From assembly GCF_009914755.1 (NCBI RefSeq), contig NC_060935.1: 64,000 bases of DNA. One strand, written 5' to 3'. Made by a program: the position numbers and the translations under genes. The DNA is from the human T2T-CHM13v2.0 reference genome, Homo sapiens. Positions within the stretch are counted from its first letter, which is position 1, and each line of letters begins with the position of its first letter. Below, in pieces: positions 1 through 20,731 of this stretch. Below the pieces are notes generated by a model. That model was not told the origin of the DNA and did not search any database. It saw only the letters and a program-made list of their open reading frames with translations.

Positions 1-271
1 GGCCTTTGTCAGGGATCCCTGTGCTCCAACTTCTGTCTTCTGGCTTAGGCAAGGTGTATACATTCATTTAACAGACATTTATGAAATATCTTATAGAGTG
101 GGCGCAGTGACTCATGCCTGTAATTCCAGCACTTCGGGAGGCCAAGGCGGGTGGATCACTTGAGCTCAGGAGTTTGAGACCAGCCTGGGCTACATGGCAA
201 AACCTTGTCTTTAGAAAAAATACAAATATTAGCCAGGTGTGGTGGTGTGTGCCTGTAGTCCCAGCTACTCA

Positions 272-436
<165 letters not shown>

Positions 437-1102
437 CTACATGGTAAGCACAGTACCATATGCCAAAGATACAATGGTAAATAAGACAGACAGGGTCCCT
501 GCTCTTCTGTGGTTCACAGTCTGGTGAAGAAGACAATAATCTAGCAAACACAGAGCAATGAAATGATTGTCCCTCTTGTGGTAAATGTGATTTGGAAAAC
601 CAAAGAGACATGATGGTGGAGAATAAGGAGAGTTGTCAGAAAGGTTTCCCTGCAGATAAACTTTTAAAGATCTCAACCTGTGGACGGGAAATGTGGGGTT
701 GGAGCCCCCACACAGAGTCCCCACTGGCACAGTGGCTCATGCCTGTAATCCCAACACTTCTAGAGGCTGAGGCGGGTGTATTGCTTGAGCCCAGAAGTTT
801 GAGAGCAGCCTGGGCAACATGGTGAAACCCTGTCTCTACAAAAAATTTAAAAAATTAGCCAGGCATGAGGGTACACACCTGTAGTCCCAGCTACTCAGGG
901 GGCTGAGGCGGGAGGATTGCTTGAGCCTGGGAAGTGGAGGCTGCAGTGAGCCTAGGTGGTGCCACTGCACTCCAACCTGGGGGACAGAGGAGACCCTGTC
1001 TCAAAAAAAAAAAAAAAAAAAATCCCAACCTGAAGGATGAAGCAACTATGTAGAAAGTTGCTGAAAGAGCAGTCCTGGCACAGAGAACAACAGCAAAGGT
1101 AT

Positions 1103-2621
1103 TGATGTGGTTTGGCTCTGTGTCCCCACCCAAATCTCATGTTGAACTGTAATCCTCTATGTTGAGGGAGGGACCTGGTGGGAGGTAATTGGATCATGGA
1201 GGCAGATTTCCCCCTTGCTGGTCTCATGATAGTGAGTAAGTCCTCACAAGATCTGATAGTTTAAAAGTGTGTGGCACTTCCCCCTTGTCTAGCTTTCTCT
1301 CCTGCCACCATGTGAAAATAGGCTTGCCTCCCCTTTGCCCTTCTGCCATGAAGGGCTTTAGCTCAGGCCACTGCTTCAGAGGGTGCAAGTCCCAAGCCTT
1401 GGAAGCTTCCATGTTGTGCTGGGCCTGTGGATGCGCAGAAGGCAAGAGTTGAAGTTTGGGAACCTCCACTTAGATTTCAGAGGATGTATGGAAATGCCTG
1501 GTGTCCAGGCAGAAGTCTGCTGTAAGGGCACAGCCCTCCTGGAGACCCTCTACTAGGGCAGTGTGGAGGGGAAATGTGGAGTTGGAGCCTTACACAGAGT
1601 CCCCACTAGGGCACTGCCTAGTGGAGCTGTGAGAAGAGGGCCACTGTCCTCCAGACTCCAGAATGGTAGACCCGCCAACAGCTTGCACTGTGCACCTAGA
1701 AAAGCCACAGGTGCTCAACGTCAGCCTGTGAAAGCAGCCACAGGGGCTGTACCCTGCAGGGCCACAGGGGAGGAGCTGCCCAAGGCCTTGGGAGCCCACC
1801 CCTTGCACCAGCATGCCCTGGATGTGAGACATGTTGTCAAAGGAGATTATTTTGGAGCTTTAAGATTTAATAACTGCCTGCTGGATTTTGGATGTGCATG
1901 GGGCCTGTAGCCTCTTTGTTTTGGCCAATTTCTCTCATTTGGAATGGAAGCATTTACACAATGCCTGTACCCCCATTGTACCTTGGAAGTAACTAACTTG
2001 TTTTTGATTTTACAGGCTCATAGGTGGAAGGGACTTGCCTTGTCTCAGATGAGACTTTGGACTTAGACTTTTTTGTTTTGTTTTGTTTTTTATTTGAATT
2101 CTCTCAACCCCTGCAGAGGACTTGGACATTTGAGTTAATGCCAGAATGAGTTAAGACTTTGGGGAACCACTGGGAAGACATGGTTGTATTTTGAACTATG
2201 AGAAGGACATGAGATTTGGGAGGGGTCGGGGCAGAATCATATGCTTTGACTCTGTGTCTCCACCCAAATCTCCTGTTGAATATAATCCCCAGTGTTGGGG
2301 GAAGGACCTGGTGAGAGGTGATTGGATCACGGAGGCAGATTTCCCCCTTGCTGTTCTCATGATAGTGAGTGAGTTCTTATGAGATCTGATGGTTTAAAAG
2401 TGTGTAGTACTTCCCCTTTCACTTGCTCTCTCTCCTGCTGCAATGTGGAGACACAATTGCCTCCCCTTTGCCCTTCTGCCATGACTGTAAGTTTTTTGAG
2501 GCCTCCCCAGTCAATGCCTCCTGTACAGCCTGTGGAACTGTGAGTCAGTTAAACCTCTTTTCTTTATAAATTACCCAGTCTCAGGTAGTTCTTTATAGCA
2601 ATGTGAGAATGGACTAATACA
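1103..2621 (+). mobile_element. MaLR (MST-type) provirus remnant: partial 5' LTR, internal segment and 3' LTR
   Basis: Two similar LTR copies (about 1103-1350 and 2238-2621) flank MST-int-like sequence; TG...CA ends; near-TSD GGTAT/GATAT. Confidence 0.85.
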
Positions 2622-2917
2622 GATATTCTAGAAACTTTCAGAAGGCCAGGCACTAGATGTAATAAGAGGAGTTGTGTAATACAGGCAGAGGTTGGACAGG
2701 GAGGCAGAGGTCAGCTTGGACCTAGTCTTGTAGGCCAGGGTCAAAAGTTTAGATTTTATTACAAGAGTGAAGAGAAAGGCTCATAAGTGACTTCTTATAA
2801 GAGTGGTCTCCTGGCTGGGTGCGGTAGCTCGCCTGTAATCCCAGCAGTTTGGGAGGCTGAGGTGAGTGGATCACCTGAAGTCAGGAGTGTGAGACCAGCC
2901 TGGCCAACCCCGTCTCA

Positions 2918-3152
<235 letters not shown>

Positions 3153-3557
3153 TTATATTATATTATATTAGTTATTATCATTCTGTCTGTGGATTGAAGA
3201 ATATCTGGAAAGGACAGAGTGGAAGCATGGAAACCAGGCAGGAGGCTATTCAGTGGCCCAGGTGAGAGATGGTTGTGGCTAGATTGGGTTCATGGCCTCA
3301 ATGATTGAGAGAACTGAGTGGATTCAGGATACATTTTGAAGATACTACCAAAAGGTCTGATGATGGGCTGGATGTAGGGAAAGATCAAGCTCCTCTAATC
3401 CCTCTGGGTGAGAGGCTATTTCAACTTCTACCACCTCCTATAGTGACCTGAGGTGGAGATAAAGGGCTCAAATTAGGACCCAAGATTAAAGACCTAAACC
3501 CAATCAAGTTCAAGGAACCTGGAACTGAAAAGTAAATACAAAATCTAAGACTTTTAG

Positions 3558-3826
<269 letters not shown>

Positions 3827-4041
3827 TAGTCTCAAACTCCTGACCTCGTGATCTGCCTGCCTCAGCCTCCCAAAGGTCTGGGATTACAGGCATGAGCCAC
3901 CGTGCCCTGCCACAAAAATGATTTTTTAATGACATAGATTGAACTAAAACATGCACTGTGTTCAATAGCAGAAAAAAAAAATCAAGATCCTGGAAATAAA
4001 CAGAAATAGGTGGAATACATCTTCAGAGCAAACTATATAAC

Positions 4042-4417
4042 TGTATTAGTCTGTTTTCACACTGCTATAAAGAACTGCTCAAGACTGGGTAATTTCGAAA
4101 GGAAAGAGGTTTAGTTGACTCACAGTTGTGCATGGCTGGGGAGGCCTCAGGAGACTTACAATCATGGCAGAAGGTGAAGGGGAAGCAAGAAACCCTCTTC
4201 ACAAGGTGGCAGGAAGAAGTGCTGAGCAAAGAGGGAAGAGCCCCTTATAAAACCATCAGATCTCGTGAGAACTCACTCACTATCAAGAGAACAGCATGTG
4301 GGAAACCGCCCCCATGATTCAATTGCTTCCACTTGGTCTCTCCTTTGACACATGGGGTTTATGAGGATTACAATTCAAGATGAGATTTGGGTGGGGACAC
4401 AAAGCCTAAACATATCA
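4042..4417 (-). mobile_element. THE1/MST-family solo LTR
   Basis: Runs TGTATTAGTC...AAACATATCA with a typical MaLR LTR body. Confidence 0.85.
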
Positions 4418-4472
4418 ACAAGTATATGGAGAAACAGGCCAGGCGTGGTGGCTCCCACCTGTAATCCCAGCA

Positions 4473-4745
4473 GAGAAACATTAAGGAAGAGCCAAATAGT
4501 TGGAAAGCTATAACATGTTCATGGATTAGAAGACTTACTGTTATAAAGATGTCAATTCACTCCCAAAATGATCTATAGATGTAAGGTAATACCAGTCAAA
4601 ATCCCAACATATTTTTCCCTTTTATTTTGTGGAGCCTGGTAAGCTGATTCTAAGTATATATGGAAATTCAGGGATCAAGAATAGCAGAGATCTTCTTGAA
4701 GAAGAATAAAATGTGAGGACTTGGTCTACTGAATATCAGAACTTA
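4473..4745 (+). mobile_element. Old L1 ORF2 fragment
   Basis: CATGTTCATGGATTAGAAGACT...AAGATGTCAATT...AAAATCCCAAC resembles L1 ORF2. Confidence 0.7.
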
Positions 4746-4877
4746 AACATGGTGCCGTCACAATTTTTTGTTGTTGTTGTTTTTGAGACAGAGTTTCGCT
4801 CTTGTTGCCCAGGCTCAACCTCTACCTCCCTGGTTCAAGTAATTCTCCCGCCTCAGCCTCTCAAGTAGCTGGGATTA

Positions 4878-5403
<526 letters not shown>

Positions 5404-5818
5404 CTAGCGCTTCCATCTACAGAGCTGGCAACGGAGAATTGGAAACAAAGGCTAGAAATAGAAAGGTAGCAGAGAAAGCAGGTACGCTGCTGTGCAAGAA
5501 GTGGAAAAGATAGTAAGTGAGAGGGAAACTTCTGGAACCGGCATGTAGTTAAGGGGATTGGTTTGGGAATCAATCCAAATGTCTCTCTCAGGGTGAGATC
5601 AAAGAAATAGTTTGTAATACATCCATACAATGGAATACCGTGCGGCTGTAAGAAAGAATGAGATAGAGCTGCCTGCAGTGACATGGAACAATGCCCATGC
5701 TACTTTATTAAGAAAAGAAATTAGGCCAGGCACAGTGGCTCATGCCTGTAATCCCAGCACTTTTGGAGGCCGAGGCGGGTGGATCACGAGGTCAGGAGAT
5801 CGAGACCCATCCTGGCTA

Positions 5819-6025
<207 letters not shown>

Positions 6026-6164
6026 TTATGGAAGAGTAATAATTATGTGTGTGGGGAGAGATGAAGTAGATATGATTTTATAAATAGGCAAATATAAAAG
6101 CATACACTCAGAATTATTAACAGCAGTTTTGTCTGTGGTAACTTTTAATTTTGTAAGTGTCTGA

Positions 6165-6506
<342 letters not shown>

Positions 6507-6553
6507 TGACATTGTAGCAATAACTTTGAAAGAATCATTTAATTTTTTTTTAG

Positions 6554-6855
<302 letters not shown>

Positions 6856-7515
6856 TAGAAAAATGATTGAATGGACCAATTTAGAATATCTATGAGGACT
6901 CATCAAATGTTTCTATTCTACTCGAAGAAGCTTTGTATTCCTCGGCCTGCCAGGATCTGCAAATAGGGTGTGAGCCTGAGGTTTGGGGATTTTGTGTCTC
7001 AACACTTATTTGGATCTCATCTCTGTCTTCATCTCTGATCCCCATCCACCTCCTCATACCAGTTAAAGACTGAAGGGAAGAGGAAGAGAAGAGGGTCGTT
7101 AGTGGAAGGGTACTGTGCATGAGGGCTCTCTAGTGAGGTTCCTGGGAAGGTCCAGTCCCTGGAGAGCTGGGCAGGAAACAGCCCATGTGAATGAGTCAGG
7201 GCTGGTGAGAAAGGGAATCAGTGAAGAAGGTGGGGATACAGTGGGAGCAGGAACCCCCACAGCTCCCTCACTCATGGCTGCCAAACCTGTGCCCTTCTCC
7301 GGAGAGGACTACTGTATTTGTAGGAAATAAGGGACAAAGTTCAGCCTGTGGTCCGTTCTTACTTACAAAGCATCAACAGCCCCACGTAAAGGGTGTGCCA
7401 CAACATAATTCTCAAAATGGTAGAACTGTCATTCTCACACAAATACACAGTGAGAACCTTCACAAGATAACTGTCAGGATGACAAAGTTGGTTCAAAGAA
7501 TGATTTGAGAAACTG

Positions 7516-7516
<1 letters not shown>

Positions 7517-7543
<27 letters not shown>
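7517..7543. repeat. (TG)n microsatellite
   Basis: Read directly. Confidence 0.95.
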
Positions 7544-7547
<4 letters not shown>

Positions 7548-7604
7548 GAATAACACAGCTAAGTTACCTACAAAACTGGCTATTGCCCTGCAGGCCAACA
7601 AGAC

Positions 7605-8416
<812 letters not shown>

Positions 8417-8764
8417 AGACCATTACCTTTGGGGTTATCATTATCATCTCATTCACATCTCTACCAGACAAAAACCCTTTGCATCTTATCCATTTTTGAC
8501 AGGTCAACATCTGACATTACAGACTCTGAGCCCTAATCTAGAAAAATAAGAAAGAGAAAATTCTATTCCTCTAGAATAGCATTTCTCAACCAAGATTCCA
8601 AAGAAAGGACTGAGCCCTAATTTGCCCAGCGCATTATTTGTTGATAATCAATCAACTTCTCTCCTCTGAAACTAGAGTGGTGCTAGTTGTGTACTATCTG
8701 TGGGAGAGTTGAGAAAATAGTCCCTCCAACCATTTTCTGTGTCCCAAGAACGGAGTGACCCTGA

Positions 8765-9098
<334 letters not shown>

Positions 9099-9244
9099 TG
9101 AGCCACCATGCCCAGCCGAAAAATTTCTCTTAAGAAGGAAAACTAAAGGTGTTTAGTTTTTCACACTCTATAATGTGAGAGAGTTCAGCTACAGCAACTT
9201 GTACCTTCAGTATTAGAGGACTCAACTAGGAAAAAACCTGATAA

Positions 9245-9340
<96 letters not shown>

Positions 9341-11729
9341 TGAGGGAAGAGGGATTCTGTGGGTTCAACTCTCCTCAGTCACCAGAAGGAAAGGTCCTTG
9401 TTACGGAGAAATCCTAGACCTGCTCCCAGTGGGAAGAGAACTGAATTCACAACCTTACACTGATTGAATATCTCAACATCCACACTAGGGAGAAATTCCG
9501 CAAACATCCTGATTAAGTCAGTTTCAGCTCCAGCTTCAGCAGGCAGGGGAGACTTCACAAAGCAGACATCATTTAAATGTGCAGAGTGCAGGAATGGCTT
9601 TGGCCAGAGAGCTATTATAGATGGCTGAAGGAGGTAGACCCACAAGCTGGGAAAACCTCTCCACTGGGGCTTTTTCACCCTGGAACTTTGGCCCACAAAG
9701 CATCGTACTCTTGCAGCTGTACCCAGAATATTCCCTTTGCTGTCTGCTTCAGGTTAGCCCCTGGTGTGTGTCAATAATTTGTAAGGGTTAATAAAGAACT
9801 GTTGGGTCAAACAGACCTGGTCCACATCCTGGCTCTGTCACTTACTGGCTTTGTGATATTAGGTAGATCAATTAATTTCTCTGAGCCTCATTTTAACTTG
9901 TTTAAGATGGGATTAATATAGCACCTACTTCATAGGTGATGAGAATTAGTGAGAGGATGAATGTAAATGCATGGTGAGCACTCAGTGAATTAGGTTGCTT
10001 TCCACCACCTTCTTTTCCTTTGGCTGACCCATTTCCCAGAATCCACAAGCTCATAGTCCCTTTGAGCCCACCAGCTTGAGCACTGGGGATGGAGAAACGT
10101 TGTTTTGTGTGCAGCTGTTCAAACGATGGCTCTGATGTTATATAACTTTCCCATGGTTTAGGAGGTTCCCAAGTGGCTTCAGAGAATAAAGCACAAAGCT
10201 GGGGAAGACTCTTTCTGGGTCTTGTCCAAGGACCCCCGAGGAGACACACAAATATTCTCCTGTTTCTGTCCTTGGTCAGTCCCTTAGAGTAGCAGTTCTG
10301 GTGCTAGCAGCAAACTTTCCTGAATGCTCCAAACACAGCCAGAGGATAGGCCTGCAGTGAGATGACGATAGAACATGATAGCTATATTAGGTCATCAGAG
10401 ACAACCTGTTTGTTTTGCAGATGAGGCAGAGTTATCAGATTTAGCAAAAATACAAAATGCCAATTATATTTGAATTTCAGATACACAACAATGACAACAA
10501 AATTTATTTTACCATAAGTATATTCCAATGTAAGCATTTTTACCATAAGTATATCCCAATGTAAGTTGTTTTTTTTTTTTTTTTTAGAGACAGCAAGTGT
10601 CTTACTCTGTTGCCCAGGCTGGAGTGCAGTGGCATGATCAATGCTAACTGCAGCCTTGAACTCCTGGGCTCAAGGGATCCTCCTGCCTCAGTCTCCTAAA
10701 AGGCTGGGATTACAGGTATGAACCCCCAGGCCTGCCTACTTCGTGTGTTTTATCTGGCAATGCTGAGAGGACAGCTAGATGTCGAGGACAGCCAGATTTC
10801 GAGGACAGCCAGACGTCAAGGGGGAAAGCAACTTGCTGGCTCACACAGCCAGCCAGGTCTATTGTGGAGCCCTAGTCGCAAACACATACACCCCAGCTTT
10901 CAAGTTTTTAAATATTTATTTAGTTAGTTATTTGTTTTTTGAGACAGTCTTGCTCTGTCACCCAGGCTGGAGTGCAGTGGTGCAATTTCAGCTCACTGCA
11001 ACCTCTGCCTCCCAGATTCAAGTGATTGTGCCTCAGCCTCCCTAGTAGCTGGGACTACATGTGCGCGCCTGCACTGCCCAGCTAATTTTTGTACTTTTAG
11101 CGGAAACGGGGTTTCCCCATATTGGCCAGAGTGGTCTCAAACTCCTGACCTCAAGTGATCCACCCACCTCGGCCTCCCAAAGTGCTGGGATTACAGGCGT
11201 GAGCCACCGTGCCCGGCTAGCTTTTTTTTTTTTTTTTTTTTTTAATTAGGTTGAATGCTTGTTGAGCTGGGTGCCTCACATCCGTTGTCTGTTATACAAA
11301 GAACTACTGATTATGGGTCTCTACGAGCAAAAATGGCAGAACACCTACAGGGCACAGGGGAGATGGGAGCAGGGATTAGGCTTCAGAATACTTCTCCAAA
11401 TGAGGGTGATCAGGGCCCGACATTTCACTGCTCTAAGGCTCAGTATCTTAACTATCAAATGGGTACAATGGGGCACAAAGGGTTACTTTGAGGAATAACG
11501 GAGGTGAGCAATTTCCAAAAAGTTCATTCCTTTAAAAACTGCGGAGCACATTTTGTGTACATGCTGTTTTTATTGTTACTCATGAAGACGCGGGGGAAGC
11601 TTTGGTTGTGTAAAGCTGAGAACTGCACCCAAGCTTCCCCGTTCACCCCACCTACCAGGGGATTTGGGCTAAATTCCTGGCCTGGCCCACAAAGAAGACC
11701 AAGCGGTCAGTCCCATTCCGTCCCATCCT

Positions 11730-11863
11730 GATTTACAGGAACTCACACCAGCGATCAATCTTCCTTAATTTGTAACTGGGCAGTGTCCCGGGCCAGCCAA
11801 TAGCTAAGACTGCCCCCCCCGCACCCCACCCTCCCTGACCCTGGGGGACTCTCTACTCAGTCT
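11730..11863 (+). promoter_or_regulatory. SERPING1: TATA-less SERPING1 promoter: GAS TTACAGGAA (11733-11741), HNF1-like CTTAATTTGTAAC (11764-11776), CCAAT (11797-11801), C-rich tract (11813-11841), initiator CTCAGTCT (11856-11863)
   Basis: Motifs read directly from the sequence. With +1 at A11859 the GAS lies at -126..-118. This fits the known liver expression and IFN-gamma inducibility of C1-INH. Confidence 0.85.
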
Positions 11864-11896
11864 GCACTGGAGCTGCCTGGTGACCAGAAGTTTGGA
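11859..11896 (+). other. SERPING1: SERPING1 exon 1 (non-coding, 38 nt)
   Basis: Starts at the Inr A and ends at ...TTTGGA|GTAGGT donor. The start position may vary. Confidence 0.85.
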
Positions 11897-12444
11897 GTAG
11901 GTTTGGTGCTGGGCAGGGGTGGGGAGTAGGGTGGAAAGCATGGAGTGAAGAGGTCTAGGGAGGGGGTCTCCTCACCCCCGCCTTCCTGCCCGCCTTGATC
12001 TCGGGGGTCTCTATAGGCTTGCTTCCACCTGGGACTTCTGCCTCCTCCTACCCCAGCCCCTCCCGCCTCAGGCCTGTTGTGCTCAGCCCCCCAGGACCTC
12101 CCCTCCCCCACGCCTCTGGCCTCATTGTTTGGTTAAAGCAGGACCCCCTCCCCCTCCCACCACCTCCCCTCCGACTGAACAGATGGACAGAGACCCGGGC
12201 CCACGGGGAGAGGAAGGGCCAGCCGGTGCCGGGAAAGGGAAGCGGTTTGGGGAAAACAAAACAGAGGGAGGAGCCAGGGAGAAGGTGGCCCCAGGAGGGA
12301 GGAGGAGGGAATTCGCTAAGAGGGACTGGGGCCTGAGACGGAATGGGGGCGGGCCCCGGGCGGGGTGGGGGCCCCTGGGCTCCCAGGGTGGGAGCTGGCT
12401 CCGAGGCTGGCTGGCTCCGCAGGTCCGCTGACGTCGCCGCCCAG

Positions 12445-12495
12445 ATGGCCTCCAGGCTGACCCTGCTGACCCTCCTGCTGCTGCTGCTGGCTGGG
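12445..12495 (+). CDS. SERPING1: SERPING1 exon 2 coding part (signal peptide MASRLTLLTLLLLLLAG); exon begins at 12423
   Basis: Acceptor CGCAG|GTCC at 12422/12423, ATG at 12445, donor GGG|GTATGT. Confidence 0.97.
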
Positions 12496-13289
12496 GTATG
12501 TGGTCCCTTGTGGGATGGGGGACGGGGGTGGAGACGGGAGGCGGGATGGTGCGGGGTGCGGGCGGTGGCTGAGGATTAACCCTTCAGGCTCCGGGGAATG
12601 AGGAGAGCTCCTCTTGGGATCATTGAGTGTGATCCTTGCACACGCACTCGTAGATGGTGGAAAGAGCTCAGGACTCAGACAGATGCAAGTTCTAATCTTG
12701 GCGGGCCATGTAGGAGCTGCGCAGCGTGGTCCTGAGGACGTCACTTTTCTCAGCCTACTCCTCCTGATTTATAAAATGTTGAATAAACAGATCCCACCCT
12801 GTCCACCAAGCAGGCTTGGCAGGAGGATCACATAGGGCAAGGAGATGGGAAGCATTTTGTGATATCAAAGCAAGAGTTTGTTGTAGAAAAGAGCTGTGGG
12901 GAGGAGAGGTTTGGCTGCTGTGACACAGACGGTGGTCCCAGGCTAGGGCCTGTGAAGACAGGGAAGAATGGTAGCAAACATACGTGGGTCTGGGTGGGGG
13001 TCAATAGCAGTGAGAGGTCCCAGTGGTCTGGGAGGTCATGGACTAGAAATAAGGCTAAGAAGTGCAGGATCCCAGGAGAAAGGTAGGTAGGGGTGTGTGT
13101 ATGTGCGTGTGTGTGTGTGTGTGCACGCGCAAGTTGGTATCACATACTCAGCAGATGATGTAGTTATGAGCAGGGAGTTTGGAATCAGAGACCTTGTTTT
13201 GACCCCTAGCTGTTTCTCCCATTTCTGTGAGACCCTGGACTAGTTAATATGTGTCGGTATGAGTTTCTCTACCTGTGAAATGGAGCTAA

Positions 13290-13507
13290 TGCGTGGTTTC
13301 TCAGTGGAGGATCTGTTGACATTGGGGCTGGATAATTCATTGCTGAGGGGCTACCCTGTGCATTTTAGGATGTTTTGCAGTATATCTCTAGCCTCTACGC
13401 ACTAGATTCCGGTAGCATCTTCCCTGCTGTCTCCCTGTGACAACCAAAAATGTCTCTGGACATTGCCAAATATCCCCTGGGAGTCAAAATTGTTTCAGAG
13501 CCGCTGG
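13290..13507. mobile_element. MER20-like hAT DNA transposon
   Basis: Contains ...CAACCAAAAATGTCTCTGGACATTGCCAAATATCCCCTGGG. Confidence 0.75.
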
Positions 13508-14021
13508 CCTATACTACTTCTCTCTCCCTCCCTTCCTGCCTCCCTTCTTTCCTCCTTCCCTTTCTTCGTTCCCTTCCTAATGTGTACTGTTTTTCCACAC
13601 CCACTAATGGGTTGCAACCCACAGTTTAAAAATTTACTGTTCTAAATCAAGGAGCACAAGTTCAAATGTCTGTACTAGCCAAGCAAGTGAGTCAAACAGG
13701 TAGATATTTACAGGAAATTGCAAGAACATAGATAAATGACAACACTCAGCTTCACTGTTTGGAAAACAACTTCCTACAGGGCAGTAATTGGTCAGAGATT
13801 ACAGAGTCCCTGACTATCCCTCATCTTCTGCAGAGCACATTCCTGTGCACCCCCACCCTCACCCTGTATTGCCCCTTCTCTGAGGAATTAGTGGTGGTGG
13901 TTCTAAGACAGATTGCTCATCTGCTGCACTGTCAGAAATTACTCTCTTGTACAGGACATTTTCCACATCCACACCTTCTCTTCCTGCTTTGAGTATTTTA
14001 GAGGACTGTGCCTCGTAGTAA

Positions 14022-14765
<744 letters not shown>

Positions 14766-14848
14766 TGACTATACAAGAACATATAAAATAAGGTCGCAGC
14801 CACTAACCATGTTTCATGGCAAGGAGAGGTGATAAGAAAGATGAAATT

Positions 14849-16386
<1,538 letters not shown>

Positions 16387-16650
16387 TGAGAGGACTCTGA
16401 AGGGGGACCCAGCGCTGGGGAAAGAAAGGACAGAGGGAATGTTGGAGCTACAGTATCAGGGATGGACTGCAGAGCAGGTGAAGACCTTGGCAGGAGCATT
16501 AGGTCACTCCAGGAACTAGACTGTTCTTCTAATGAGACCTTAGACAAGTCTCTGGCATTCATCAACTGCTTTAGAATAAAAATAACCGGGCAGGTACAGT
16601 AAAATAGTGATGATGCTATCTACCTCAAAAGATTAAGAAGCAGAAAGCCA

Positions 16651-19189
<2,539 letters not shown>

Positions 19190-19399
19190 TTTAATTTAAA
19201 TTTTAAAAACTCACCTATCACCCCATCATCTGAAAAACACCCTCTTTCAGATGTGGGAAAAACATGGCTCAGAGGTGTTCAAGAAATGTTGCATTTATTT
19301 ATTACTTACAAAGCTGTAAGTCAGCTTTATCCGCTGTCTTGCTAGGTTGGTGAAAAATACGTAACAGCATTCAATATTAGGGCTTCTATCCCCATCTAG

Positions 19400-19624
<225 letters not shown>

Positions 19625-20093
19625 TGAACTCCTGGCCTCCAGTGATCCACCCACCTTGGCCTCCCAAAGTGCTGCGATTACAGGTGTGAGCCACCATGCC
19701 CAGCTGGGGAAAATATCTTTAATCTACTTAGTCCTAGAAAAATTATCTTTCAAGTGCTTTTTTTTTTTTTTTTCCAGTGGACTGAAGGCTTTTGCAGAGC
19801 AAAAGCCAGGAAGTTTTGTCACAAACTTCCACCAAGGCCAGGAAGCAGAGTCTATTCCGTGCCAAAATTAAGGGAAGAAAAGAGGGAAAATCTAGGCAAA
19901 TGGAATTTAATATCTCAAAAAGATTATCTTGCCGAGCCATAGTCACATAGCAAGCTGAGGCAGCGGAGGCTTGGGGCTACTTCTCTTGTTCTTGGTTCTG
20001 GGTTTACCTTCTTTGGGCCTTATTTGCCACATCTGTAAGAGGAGTGGGCTGGACCGCGCTCCACCATGCCGTATTCACTAAGTGAGCAGATAG

Positions 20094-20459
<366 letters not shown>

Positions 20460-20524
20460 TAACCCCAAGTTCTACAATCGGATCTCAATGTCCCTGCACT
20501 ACTCTTTGCTAACAAGGCTTTTAG

Positions 20525-20731
<207 letters not shown>

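Noticed and set aside
10507-10565. 31-bp-period tandem duplication
   Set aside because: Real, but an ordinary two-copy slippage duplication inside repeat-derived DNA.
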